Assembly: GCA_036677555.1 (NCBI GenBank)
Contig: JAVBWG010000011.1
Coordinates: 14,177-78,176, forward strand
Origin: Methanomassiliicoccales archaeon
GTDB taxonomy: Archaea > Thermoplasmatota > Thermoplasmata > Methanomassiliicoccales > UBA472
Length of the DNA stretch: 64,000 bases
Direction of reading: 5' to 3'
A program made the translations under genes and the position numbers. The notes under the pieces were generated by a model that saw only the letters and a program-made list of their open reading frames with translations, made no database searches and was not told where the DNA came from. Positions 19,496-27,372 of the stretch are shown one piece after another. The first letter of the stretch is position 1. Every line of letters begins with the position of its first letter.

Positions 19496-20515
19496 TCAGT
19501 TGAATCCCCTCTCATTGTTCTCGGCCTCCTTGGTAGGGGAGGACCGGACGCGCTGGTCGATCACCATGGCCAACAGGCTGACCGGCACGGACAGCCAGAT
19601 AGAGGTTATCGCACTTAAAAGACCTGCGGTCGCCGCCACGTGGGGGTCCAATCCGCTGGCGGTGAAGACCGCGGAGGACATCAGGACGTTGCCGCTGCCC
19701 GCGGTGAGCACCACGGTGCTCAGGGAGGCCAGGCTGGCCGAGGCGATGACCGCCACCATCGATACGTCCACCCCCAGCGCCTCGATGATCAGGTACAGAC
19801 GAACGATTTCGTTGGTCCAGATTATCGCGGTCAGGCCGGCCGGCCATACGAGCTTCCTCCAGTTGCCTTTGAAGTTGAGTGCCTTATTGAAGGAGACGAC
19901 GGTCCCCATGAGCTTCCCGGAGATCATGGCCCCCTTGTCGCCCTTGATAGCCTTGGAGGCCAGCCGGGCGCCCCAGCCGCCCAGCCTCAACAGAAGCTTG
20001 GGACGGGCCAGCACATAGATGAAAAGCACGTTGGCCAAGACCATCAGGGCCACCAGGAACATCAGGTATCCGCGGAACTCCTCCACGATATGCGCCAACA
20101 GAAGAATCAGGCTGGTCACCGTAAGGATGGTCAGGAAGGCGAAGTCCATAATCCGCTCGGTCACCACCGACGCCAGCCCTTTTCCCACGGAGACCCCCTT
20201 CCGGGTGTTCATCTCGATGATGCGGGAGGTCTCGCCGACCACCCTCCCGGGGATGAGGTTGTTTATGGCCTGTGACAGGGAGAAGGCGGCGAATATGGTG
20301 CGGAACGATATCTCGTATCCGGCGTGCCTCATCAGGACGCCCCACCGGTATGCCTTGAAGACCAGGTTCCCCAGGTACAGCACCACCACCAGGGATATCA
20401 GGTCGTACCGGATGTCCTTGAGGGCGGTCCATACCTCCTCAGGGTTCGAGGCCAGCACTACGAGTAGGATGAGGGCTATGGAAATGCCCAGCCTGACCTT
20501 GGTGCCAAGGCTCAT
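19496..20515 (-). CDS. Flippase-like / UPF0104 (LPG-synthase TM region) membrane protein
   Basis: VVLYLGNLVFKAYRWGVLM pattern; polytopic; 339 aa. Confidence 0.7.
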   Translation of the reverse strand: MSLGTKVRLGISIALILLVVLASNPEEVWTALKDIRYDLISLVVVLYLGNLVFKAYRWGVLMRHAGYEISFRTIFAAFSLSQAINNLIPGRVVGETSRIIEMNTRKGVSVGKGLASVVTERIMDFAFLTILTVTSLILLLAHIVEEFRGYLMFLVALMVLANVLFIYVLARPKLLLRLGGWGARLASKAIKGDKGAMISGKLMGTVVSFNKALNFKGNWRKLVWPAGLTAIIWTNEIVRLYLIIEALGVDVSMVAVIASASLASLSTVVLTAGSGNVLMSSAVFTASGLDPHVAATAGLLSAITSIWLSVPVSLLAMVIDQRVRSSPTKEAENNERGFN

Positions 20516-20693
20516 TCTCCCCGTGGTCCATCCCCTTCCCCGACCAGAACGGACCTGTCTGTCTCCTCGACGATCGGACCCGTTGGCTGGTTGATGACTA
20601 GGATGGACTTATATGAAATTTTGGTAAGGATCGAATCCGGCGACGCGGAGAGCAATCAATGTAATGTAAAAGATGCATGACCGAAGGGATAGC

Positions 20694-21131
20694 ATGCGCA
20701 TTCTGGTCATCTACGACACCGTTTCCGGGAACACGGAGAGGATCGCCCTGCGGATCACCGAGGAGCTGGTCGCTTCCGGTCACGAGGCCAGCTGCCGGAA
20801 ACAGTCGGCTTCGGGGGAGGAGGACTTCGTGGGCGTTCCGCTCTGGGTGATCGGTGCCCCGACCCATTGGGGCCGCGCCCCCTTCCGTTTCAACACCCTC
20901 CTCCGCAATGCCGTGAAGGACGCCGGGAACGATCATGACTTTGTGGCCTTCGATACGCGCTATGAGAAGGTCCATTCAAGCGCCGCCGATCGGGTCCATC
21001 AGATGCTGGTCAAGGGTGGATTGCGGCCATTGCTGGGACCTCAACATTTTATTGTGGATGGTCCTGAACTGCGCCAGGGCGAGGAGGAAAGGGCCAGGGA
21101 GCTTGGACGCACCATCGCCTCATTGATTTAA
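20694..21131 (+). CDS. Flavodoxin family protein
   Basis: MRILVIYDTVSGNTERIA FMN-phosphate loop. ATG 20694 is preferred over the track start at 20673. Confidence 0.8.
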   Translation: MRILVIYDTVSGNTERIALRITEELVASGHEASCRKQSASGEEDFVGVPLWVIGAPTHWGRAPFRFNTLLRNAVKDAGNDHDFVAFDTRYEKVHSSAADRVHQMLVKGGLRPLLGPQHFIVDGPELRQGEEERARELGRTIASLI

Positions 21132-22475
21132 GGCCGTGTCCGGACGGGGGTCCTCCCCCTCCCCTTCCACATTTGTGGCGTAGAGCAGAAGAATGGCGCA
21201 TATTATGAACAGCGAGGATATCAGGAACAACGCCTGGTAACCGAAATACTGGGCCACCAGGCCGCCGAACAGCGAGCCGATTATCGTGGAAACGCCGCGA
21301 ACGGAGGAGTACATGCCCATGGACTGGCTCCGGAAGGACCGGTAGGACATCCTGGCCACCAGGGAATCGCCGGCCACGGCGAGCAGGGCCCAGCACATCC
21401 CGGCCAGACCGCTCAACGCGCACATCGTGATGAATGTGCTTCCCATGTTCAATGGCAGCAGGGTGACCAGGAAGAAAGAGGGGAATATGAGCACGCGCAG
21501 TCCGAACGCCAAGGCCTGGACCTTCCTTCCGCCGTACCTCTCCACCAGCTTGCCGGCCTTGGAGTACAGAAGGGCGGAAATGAAAGAGCTGGACAGGTAG
21601 ACCGCGAAGACCTCGGCGCTGCTCATTCCCACCTCTCGGGCGAGATAGGTCGGCAAGGCCACGTAGAAGCACAGGAAACCGGTGAAGGCCAGGAACACGA
21701 CCGCATAGTATCTTCGGAGATTCGAGGGGAAGTTGCGCAGGCGGAGGTTCCTCTGCGACATCTCCACCACGTAGAGCAGGCGCTGCGGCATGTAGCGCAG
21801 CTTCTCCATCAGATAGGAGGGGACCTTGAGCAGCTCCAACGGCGGCAGCTGCTGCCGGCTGAGCTTCTCCAGAGGCTCCCTCATGTAACGCCAGCCCAGG
21901 AAGACCGAGACGAAGCCCAGTACGCCGGACAATATGAAAAGGGCGCGCATCGGATTGGCGTCCGCGTCAGAGGGGAAGGCCATCAGCCAGAGAGTTCCCA
22001 GCAGCAGTCCGATGACCCAGCCGATGCCTCCCACCTTTGAGAAATCGCCCAGCCTCTTCGGCCATTCATCCTTGCGGAAGCATTCCAGCACCATGACCGT
22101 TCCGACGGGGGCGATGGCCGCCCCCAGGAAACCGAAGATGAAGTTGGCGACGTAGTATTCGGATATGCTCTGCGACAGCCCCATCAGGATGAGGGAGAAG
22201 GCCACCCCCAGAAATCCGGCCAGTACGAACGGCACTCGGCGCTTCGAGGTGTCCGATAGGTTCCCCCACAGAATGCCTGCCGGAACCGAGGCCAGGGAAG
22301 TGGCTGCGCTGACTATGCCCACCTGGGCCACCGTGCCCTTCAGCCCCTCGGTGATGAACAGGGGGATGAGGGCATTGGTGCTTCCTCCCGAGATGTTGTA
22401 GGGAAGGAAAGAGTAGTACCAGCGGTCGTCCTTGAGCCCGTCCTTGGCCATGTCCACAGGGGATTGTTGGCTCAT
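21120..22475 (-). CDS. MFS transporter
   Basis: 12-helix pattern, 451 aa, typical loop 2-3 motif region. Confidence 0.8.
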   Translation of the reverse strand: MSQQSPVDMAKDGLKDDRWYYSFLPYNISGGSTNALIPLFITEGLKGTVAQVGIVSAATSLASVPAGILWGNLSDTSKRRVPFVLAGFLGVAFSLILMGLSQSISEYYVANFIFGFLGAAIAPVGTVMVLECFRKDEWPKRLGDFSKVGGIGWVIGLLLGTLWLMAFPSDADANPMRALFILSGVLGFVSVFLGWRYMREPLEKLSRQQLPPLELLKVPSYLMEKLRYMPQRLLYVVEMSQRNLRLRNFPSNLRRYYAVVFLAFTGFLCFYVALPTYLAREVGMSSAEVFAVYLSSSFISALLYSKAGKLVERYGGRKVQALAFGLRVLIFPSFFLVTLLPLNMGSTFITMCALSGLAGMCWALLAVAGDSLVARMSYRSFRSQSMGMYSSVRGVSTIIGSLFGGLVAQYFGYQALFLISSLFIICAILLLYATNVEGEGEDPRPDTALNQ

Positions 22476-22510
22476 GTGGATATACTATGCGGTTCCACAG
22501 ATGACGATGC

Positions 22511-22849
22511 TCAGGCCGCTCCCAGGAGAACGGCCAACGCCACCGAGAGAAGCACCGCCAGGGATATCAGTATGAACTTGCGGTCGCGCTCCCGGATGAA
22601 AACGCACAGCGCCCCGATCACCCTGGCCAGGGGGGTGGCGATCAGCAACACTATACCCATGGTCAGGAAGGCCGCGGGATCCAGGTCCAGGGCCTGGGAG
22701 GGTATCTTCCCAAGGGGGACCACCGAAACATCCTCGATCCCGGTGATCACCCCCAGCAACAGGCCGAACAGCATGAGCGCCAGGCTCAGGACCATGCCCC
22801 AGCGCAGGATCGGCTGCACCACGCCGCACAGGGCGGACTGGGAAGGCAT
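22511..22849 (-). CDS. DUF1634-like small membrane protein
   Basis: Starts MPSQSALCGV at ATG 22849, sharing TGATG with the TauE stop. Helices are present and it sits in the usual partner position after TauE/SafE. The rest of track ORF 22511..23275 is overlap artefact. Confidence 0.6.
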   Translation of the reverse strand: MPSQSALCGVVQPILRWGMVLSLALMLFGLLLGVITGIEDVSVVPLGKIPSQALDLDPAAFLTMGIVLLIATPLARVIGALCVFIRERDRKFILISLAVLLSVALAVLLGAA

Positions 22850-23694
22850 CAGGCGCCACCCCACAGGCCGAAGGCCTTCAACACCATGGTGATGGCCACG
22901 ACGAAGAGAAGAACGGAGAACCACTTGCGCAGGTCGTTTGATGAGTACCTGGCCATGAGCATCGTCCCTACGTATGCGCCCCCGAACGTCCCCAGTGCAA
23001 CCGCTCCGCAGAGGTAGGCGTCCAGCAGCCCATGCCCGTAGAAGATAATCGCCCCGGTGAGGGCGGTCACCCCGATCATAAAATTGCTGGTGGCCGTGGC
23101 CGCCTTGAGTGGGACGCACATGCAGACATTCATCACTGGTACCTTCACCAGCCCTCCGCCCACACCCAGCAATCCGGATAGCATCCCGGCAACGCTGCTG
23201 TAGGCCAGCCCCTTCCGGAGCCCCTTGACGCCGTAGCTCACCTGACAGCTGTCCCTGGGGTCGACGTACTGGCATGATAGGTCCACCATCTGCCCCTCCG
23301 CCGCCGCCTGCTCAGGCGAGAAGAACACCTCCGTCCGGCGGAGCATGGTGTATCCGGCGTAAACCAGGAGCGCGGAGAAGAGCAGGAACAGAAGGGTCTG
23401 GTTCGTGTAGACGGCGATGAGCGCCCCGACTATGGAACCGACGGTCGTGGACATCTCCAGGAACAGCGCCAGACGCACGTTGGTCAGACCCTGCTTGACA
23501 TACTTGGTGGCGGCGCCGGTCGACGTGGCGATCACGCCTATGAGGCTGGCGCCGATCGCCTCCTGCATGGGCACCCCGAACCCCAGGGTCAGTAGCGGGA
23601 TGATGATCAGTCCGCCGCCGATGCCCATCAGCGCCCCGATGGTGCCGGCGCTCATGCAGAGCAGGGCGACGAGCAGCAGCACCAGCGGTTCCAT
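22849..23694 (-). CDS. TauE/SafE (TSUP) family anion exporter
   Basis: Two repeats, GIGGGLIIIPLL and GVGGGLVKVPVM. Start is MEPLVLLL at 23694 (alternative ATG at 23721). The upstream 288 codons of the track ORF are antisense to the THUMP gene. Confidence 0.85.
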   Translation of the reverse strand: MEPLVLLLVALLCMSAGTIGALMGIGGGLIIIPLLTLGFGVPMQEAIGASLIGVIATSTGAATKYVKQGLTNVRLALFLEMSTTVGSIVGALIAVYTNQTLLFLLFSALLVYAGYTMLRRTEVFFSPEQAAAEGQMVDLSCQYVDPRDSCQVSYGVKGLRKGLAYSSVAGMLSGLLGVGGGLVKVPVMNVCMCVPLKAATATSNFMIGVTALTGAIIFYGHGLLDAYLCGAVALGTFGGAYVGTMLMARYSSNDLRKWFSVLLFVVAITMVLKAFGLWGGA

Positions 23695-23769
23695 CGTGCG
23701 GCGATGACCTGATGAGGACATAATGCTAGCGGGAGAATGGTTTATAACCCCGCGCAACATGAAAGGGGT

Positions 23770-24618
23770 ATGGGCCTGCTGCTGGTCAGGTACGCGGAGA
23801 TGGGTCTGAAGAGCCCGGGGGTGCGCCGTTACTTCGAGAAGGTGCTCACCCACAACATGATGGCCGCCCTGGCCCAGGAGAGGGTGGAGGCATTCGTGGA
23901 GAGCCAGTACGGCCGCCTGTTCGTAACGACCGATAGGCCGGAGGAGGTTGCGGCGGCGCTCAGACGGGTCTTCGGGATCTCTTCCCTGAGCCATGTCCAA
24001 GAATGCACATCGGACGTTCAGGACATACGACGCCTGGCGCTTCAGGTGGCGACGCCCCTGCTGAAGGACGGTTCGACCTTCAGGGTGGAGGCACGCCGGA
24101 ACGGCGTACATCAGTATACCAGCATGCAACTGGCCGCCCAGGCCGGGGAGGAGATCTATGAGGCCCACAAGCCCAGGGGGGTGCGGGTGGATCTGCATCA
24201 TCCGGATCTTATCGTGTACGTTGAGGTGCGGGACCGCCGGGCGTACGTGTTCAGCGAGTATCTCGACGGACCGGGCGGGCTTCCCATGGGCAGCCAGGGA
24301 AAGGTGGTGGCGCTCATCGGGAACGAAAGGGACGCACTGGCCGCCTGGATGATGATGAAGCGGGGCTGCCGCGTCCTGTTCCTGGTTGAGGATGAGGATG
24401 CAATGCGCATCCTTCATCGCTGGGACCCCGAGCCCCGGAAGGTCAACGGCCCCGTTGGCAAGGCTGTCAGCGCCAACAAGGCCTTCGGCCTGGTCGTTGG
24501 CTGGTCCCTGGAAGAGCTTGGGGAGAACATATTGAACGCTGATGTACCGGTGTACCATCCGCTGATCGGAATGGGAAATGAAGAAGTGGAAAGGCGTTTG
24601 AAAGAGATCAAAGGGTAG
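23770..24618 (+). CDS. THUMP domain protein, ThiI-like with truncated/degenerate PP-loop region
   Basis: LLLVRYAEMGLKS...FRVEARR THUMP/NFLD pattern. GKVVALIGNERDALAAWMMMKRGCRV sits where ThiI has SGGxDS. Confidence 0.7.
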   Translation: MGLLLVRYAEMGLKSPGVRRYFEKVLTHNMMAALAQERVEAFVESQYGRLFVTTDRPEEVAAALRRVFGISSLSHVQECTSDVQDIRRLALQVATPLLKDGSTFRVEARRNGVHQYTSMQLAAQAGEEIYEAHKPRGVRVDLHHPDLIVYVEVRDRRAYVFSEYLDGPGGLPMGSQGKVVALIGNERDALAAWMMMKRGCRVLFLVEDEDAMRILHRWDPEPRKVNGPVGKAVSANKAFGLVVGWSLEELGENILNADVPVYHPLIGMGNEEVERRLKEIKG

Positions 24619-24627
24619 GCGTTCCGC

Positions 24628-25275
24628 CTACTTTATCTGCCTGTCATGGGCCTTGACGGACGGGCGCGCCTTCTCCGCACCCTTGCCCTTCCAGTGCAGA
24701 CCGCGACCCTTGCGTCCGGCGGAGGTCTTGCCGCGGAACACCCTGTTCTTGTTGGCGTTGTCGCACAGCCAGTTCAGGTTCTTGTCCGCCTTGATCGAGG
24801 GGTGGTGCTTGTCCACCAGGATGATCTCGTACCAGACATTCTTGCCGTCCTCGCCGACCCAGTAGGAGTTGAGCACCTCGAGGTTGGGGTAGCGCTTGGC
24901 GGCCCTCTCCTCGGCGATCCGCTTCAGGCTCTTTCCCATGGTGATCTTCTTCATACCCTCGCGCTTGGCGCGGCGTCCCTTGTATCCCATGCGCTTCTGC
25001 AGGCCGCCCTTGCGGACGTGACCGCGGACCACGATGATCCCCTGCTTGGCCTTGTAACCCAGAGCGCGGGCGCGGTCCAGGCGGGTGGGCCGTTCCAGGC
25101 GGCAGAAGTTGGGCTCCCGCCTCCAGAGAATGAGCCTCTCCCACATCAGTCCCTTCACGTAAGAAGCATCGGGCCGGTCCCAGGCGTCGGAGATGTAGGA
25201 GTACATGCTCTTTCCGTTCACTGGCCTGGGCCCTTCCTCGTTATCGTCGACCTTGTTGTCTACCATTTGTATCAC
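24628..25275 (-). CDS. rpl15e: 50S ribosomal protein L15e
   Basis: [12 protein letters not shown]...[30 protein letters not shown]. The true start may be the MYSYIS ATG at 25206. Confidence 0.9.
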   Translation of the reverse strand: MIQMVDNKVDDNEEGPRPVNGKSMYSYISDAWDRPDASYVKGLMWERLILWRREPNFCRLERPTRLDRARALGYKAKQGIIVVRGHVRKGGLQKRMGYKGRRAKREGMKKITMGKSLKRIAEERAAKRYPNLEVLNSYWVGEDGKNVWYEIILVDKHHPSIKADKNLNWLCDNANKNRVFRGKTSAGRKGRGLHWKGKGAEKARPSVKAHDRQIK

Positions 25276-25402
25276 CAGTGCCGCCGTTGGCGGCGCTTCG
25301 GGATTCGCCCCTTGCGGGGTACATATCCGGCGAGACTTATCTCGCTACAATGCCCACACAATATGTGGGGTTATTTAAACGATTTGTTCAGAGCAATTAT
25401 CC

Positions 25403-26026
25403 TCAGATATGCCCCAGTGATCGCGACTGATGATTGCGTTGTACCAATCCATCGATCTCTGAAAGGGCGATATGCATGGTGGTGCCGGGATTCGGCGGTA
25501 TCGATTCCTCGGTGCCTTCGCTCCATGTCCTCAGCGCCCTGTCCATCGCACCCTGTCTCAAAGGACCCAGCAGGTCGTGGTAGTCCTCGGTCTTGTGATA
25601 GCCTTTTATATGGTCCTTCAAGGACCGATGAGCCTCTTGGCAAGAGATTGCCACTCCCACATCCTGGAAATGCATCAGGAACCAGAGCTCGAAACATGGA
25701 TTGGTCATTGCTAGCATAATCCCTGATCCATGGGCGAGCTTTAACGCCTGCGAAAGGTTCCCTGCGTCGTTCCCCTCGATGTCGAAAACGCATACCGCCA
25801 TATCCCCCTGATCGATATCGATCCCTTTCATATCCATATTCTCAACGCAGAGCTTGACCAATCCCAGTGCATCGGTGGGATGCGATTTGGGCACCACGAT
25901 CTTTACGGCGCTTTTCCGGCTCCTAAGGCCAGTGAAGTAGATGCGCTCGGTCCATCCTTCAGCCACCACCAAGACGGTGCTTGATGGATTTCTGTTGGCC
26001 ATCCGCCTTTTGGATGGATATCCCAC
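25403..26026 (-). CDS. RloB-like (TOPRIM-like) protein, AbiLii-like
   Basis: VLVVAEGWTERIYF and TNPCFELWFLMHF signatures. GTG 26026 overlaps the ATPase stop; alternative ATG at 26002. Confidence 0.75.
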   Translation of the reverse strand: MGYPSKRRMANRNPSSTVLVVAEGWTERIYFTGLRSRKSAVKIVVPKSHPTDALGLVKLCVENMDMKGIDIDQGDMAVCVFDIEGNDAGNLSQALKLAHGSGIMLAMTNPCFELWFLMHFQDVGVAISCQEAHRSLKDHIKGYHKTEDYHDLLGPLRQGAMDRALRTWSEGTEESIPPNPGTTMHIALSEIDGLVQRNHQSRSLGHI

Positions 26027-27291
26027 TAAACCACCTTGGCGGGGGTGATGGCAGGTATCGCCCCGTATCTACCGGCCTGATATGCCTTCAGTACATCACG
26101 GTCCTTCCTTTCTTTGAACTCCACGAGGGAGACCAGTTCCGAAACGCCCCTGTCTGGGGACCGTTCAACGAACCAGATCTGGTCCCGTCGTAGGTTGGCA
26201 AGGTCCAGGAATAGCTGGTCATGTGTATTGAATATCAGCTGCGCTCCCCTCTTGTTCTGCGATGGGTCGTGGAACAGGGAGATCAACCATTCGCTTATGT
26301 CATGGTGAAGCTTGGTGTCGAGTTCGTCCACGACCAACGTTCCTCCCCTTTGCAGTACGTCGATCATCGGTCCAAGGATATTGAACAGCTTCCTGGTGCC
26401 CTCAGACTCGAATATGTAAGGAAGCTGTTTTTCGATCTCCGCGCCGTCAGCCCCCTTCACCCGGTGAGTGAACCGAAGGTCCGTTTGCTTGGCCTCGTTT
26501 CCAAGGACTGTCATTACGCCCAGTACCTGTGGTGGGATGGTATCATAGAGACTTGCGATGGGAACCTTGCGGACCCTTCCATCGACCCCCGTGATACCCA
26601 GGTCCGCGATCTGCAATGCTTTGACCATCAGCGATTTGGCCTTCTTGTTGTGATTCATGAACTCGATCGCGCCTTCGGTCAATTGGGGAGAGTCCGTATT
26701 GTCAATAGCGACGAGGCGATCCTGAAACCATTCGAAAGCCGGAGTGGTAGCGGCGTAGTTGAACTGTACCGATGTTGAAAGATATAGCTGATTTTCCAAG
26801 GTTCGACGGGATATGACCTCCTGCTCGGTCCGATCACGGTTGAACTTGAATTCGCTCCCACGGCGGGAGAATATCATAGCCAGCTTTCCGTTTGGATAAT
26901 GGCTGAGCTTCTCCTCCACGATCTTGGCGTGATCGTAGCTCATTGAATATTCATACATGACCTGTTTGTGCAGGAATGATATGGTAAACCTGGTAGGCTT
27001 CTGGACACATGATTCGTCGAAGGCGAACGGTTGGTGGTTGAGACCGGTACCCTTTTGATGATTGTGCGATCGGACCACGAAGTTCCGGAGGATCGCCATT
27101 GCCAGGACCAGGTTGGTCTTCCCGGAAGCGTTGGCCCCGAAGATGACCGCGCTGTTAAGGACCTTGTCACCCTTCAGCATTGGATCTCGGGACAGATTGT
27201 CAGGGAGGCTCCTATCAGAAGAAGCCATCATGCTGAAGGTGGTTGGGTCGCGGAACGACCGGAAGTTCTCCACCGTGAACTCAAGGAGCAT
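26026..27291 (-). CDS. AAA_21-type ABC-like ATPase, AbiLi/RloA-like
   Basis: FTVENFRSFRD, Walker A GANASGKTNL, Walker B LVVDELDTKLHH, FNTHD. Confidence 0.8.
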   Translation of the reverse strand: MLLEFTVENFRSFRDPTTFSMMASSDRSLPDNLSRDPMLKGDKVLNSAVIFGANASGKTNLVLAMAILRNFVVRSHNHQKGTGLNHQPFAFDESCVQKPTRFTISFLHKQVMYEYSMSYDHAKIVEEKLSHYPNGKLAMIFSRRGSEFKFNRDRTEQEVISRRTLENQLYLSTSVQFNYAATTPAFEWFQDRLVAIDNTDSPQLTEGAIEFMNHNKKAKSLMVKALQIADLGITGVDGRVRKVPIASLYDTIPPQVLGVMTVLGNEAKQTDLRFTHRVKGADGAEIEKQLPYIFESEGTRKLFNILGPMIDVLQRGGTLVVDELDTKLHHDISEWLISLFHDPSQNKRGAQLIFNTHDQLFLDLANLRRDQIWFVERSPDRGVSELVSLVEFKERKDRDVLKAYQAGRYGAIPAITPAKVV

Positions 27292-27315
27292 GAATGATGA
27301 TTACGAGATTGTTAG

Positions 27316-27341
27316 ATATATAAATTTGTGATATTATCACA
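27316..27341 (-). promoter_or_regulatory. TATA box plus adjacent perfect palindrome upstream of the ATPase/RloB pair
   Basis: On the minus strand, TTTATATAT (27324..27316) ends 24 nt before ATG 27291, which fits a leaderless-type layout. The palindrome TGTGATA-N-TATCACA (27327-27341) abuts it at the BRE position. Confidence 0.5.
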
Positions 27342-27372
27342 TTATTTGATTATTAATTTTATATTATATAAT

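Noticed and set aside
23695-24558. N-terminal 288-codon extension of track ORF 22849..24558
   Set aside because: The extension is antisense to the THUMP gene and has no membrane or domain features. The TauE/SafE homology begins at MEPLVLLL (ATG 23694).
24646-25719. 357-aa plus-strand ORF
   Set aside because: It is antisense to rpl15e and runs into the RloB gene region. It has no motifs.
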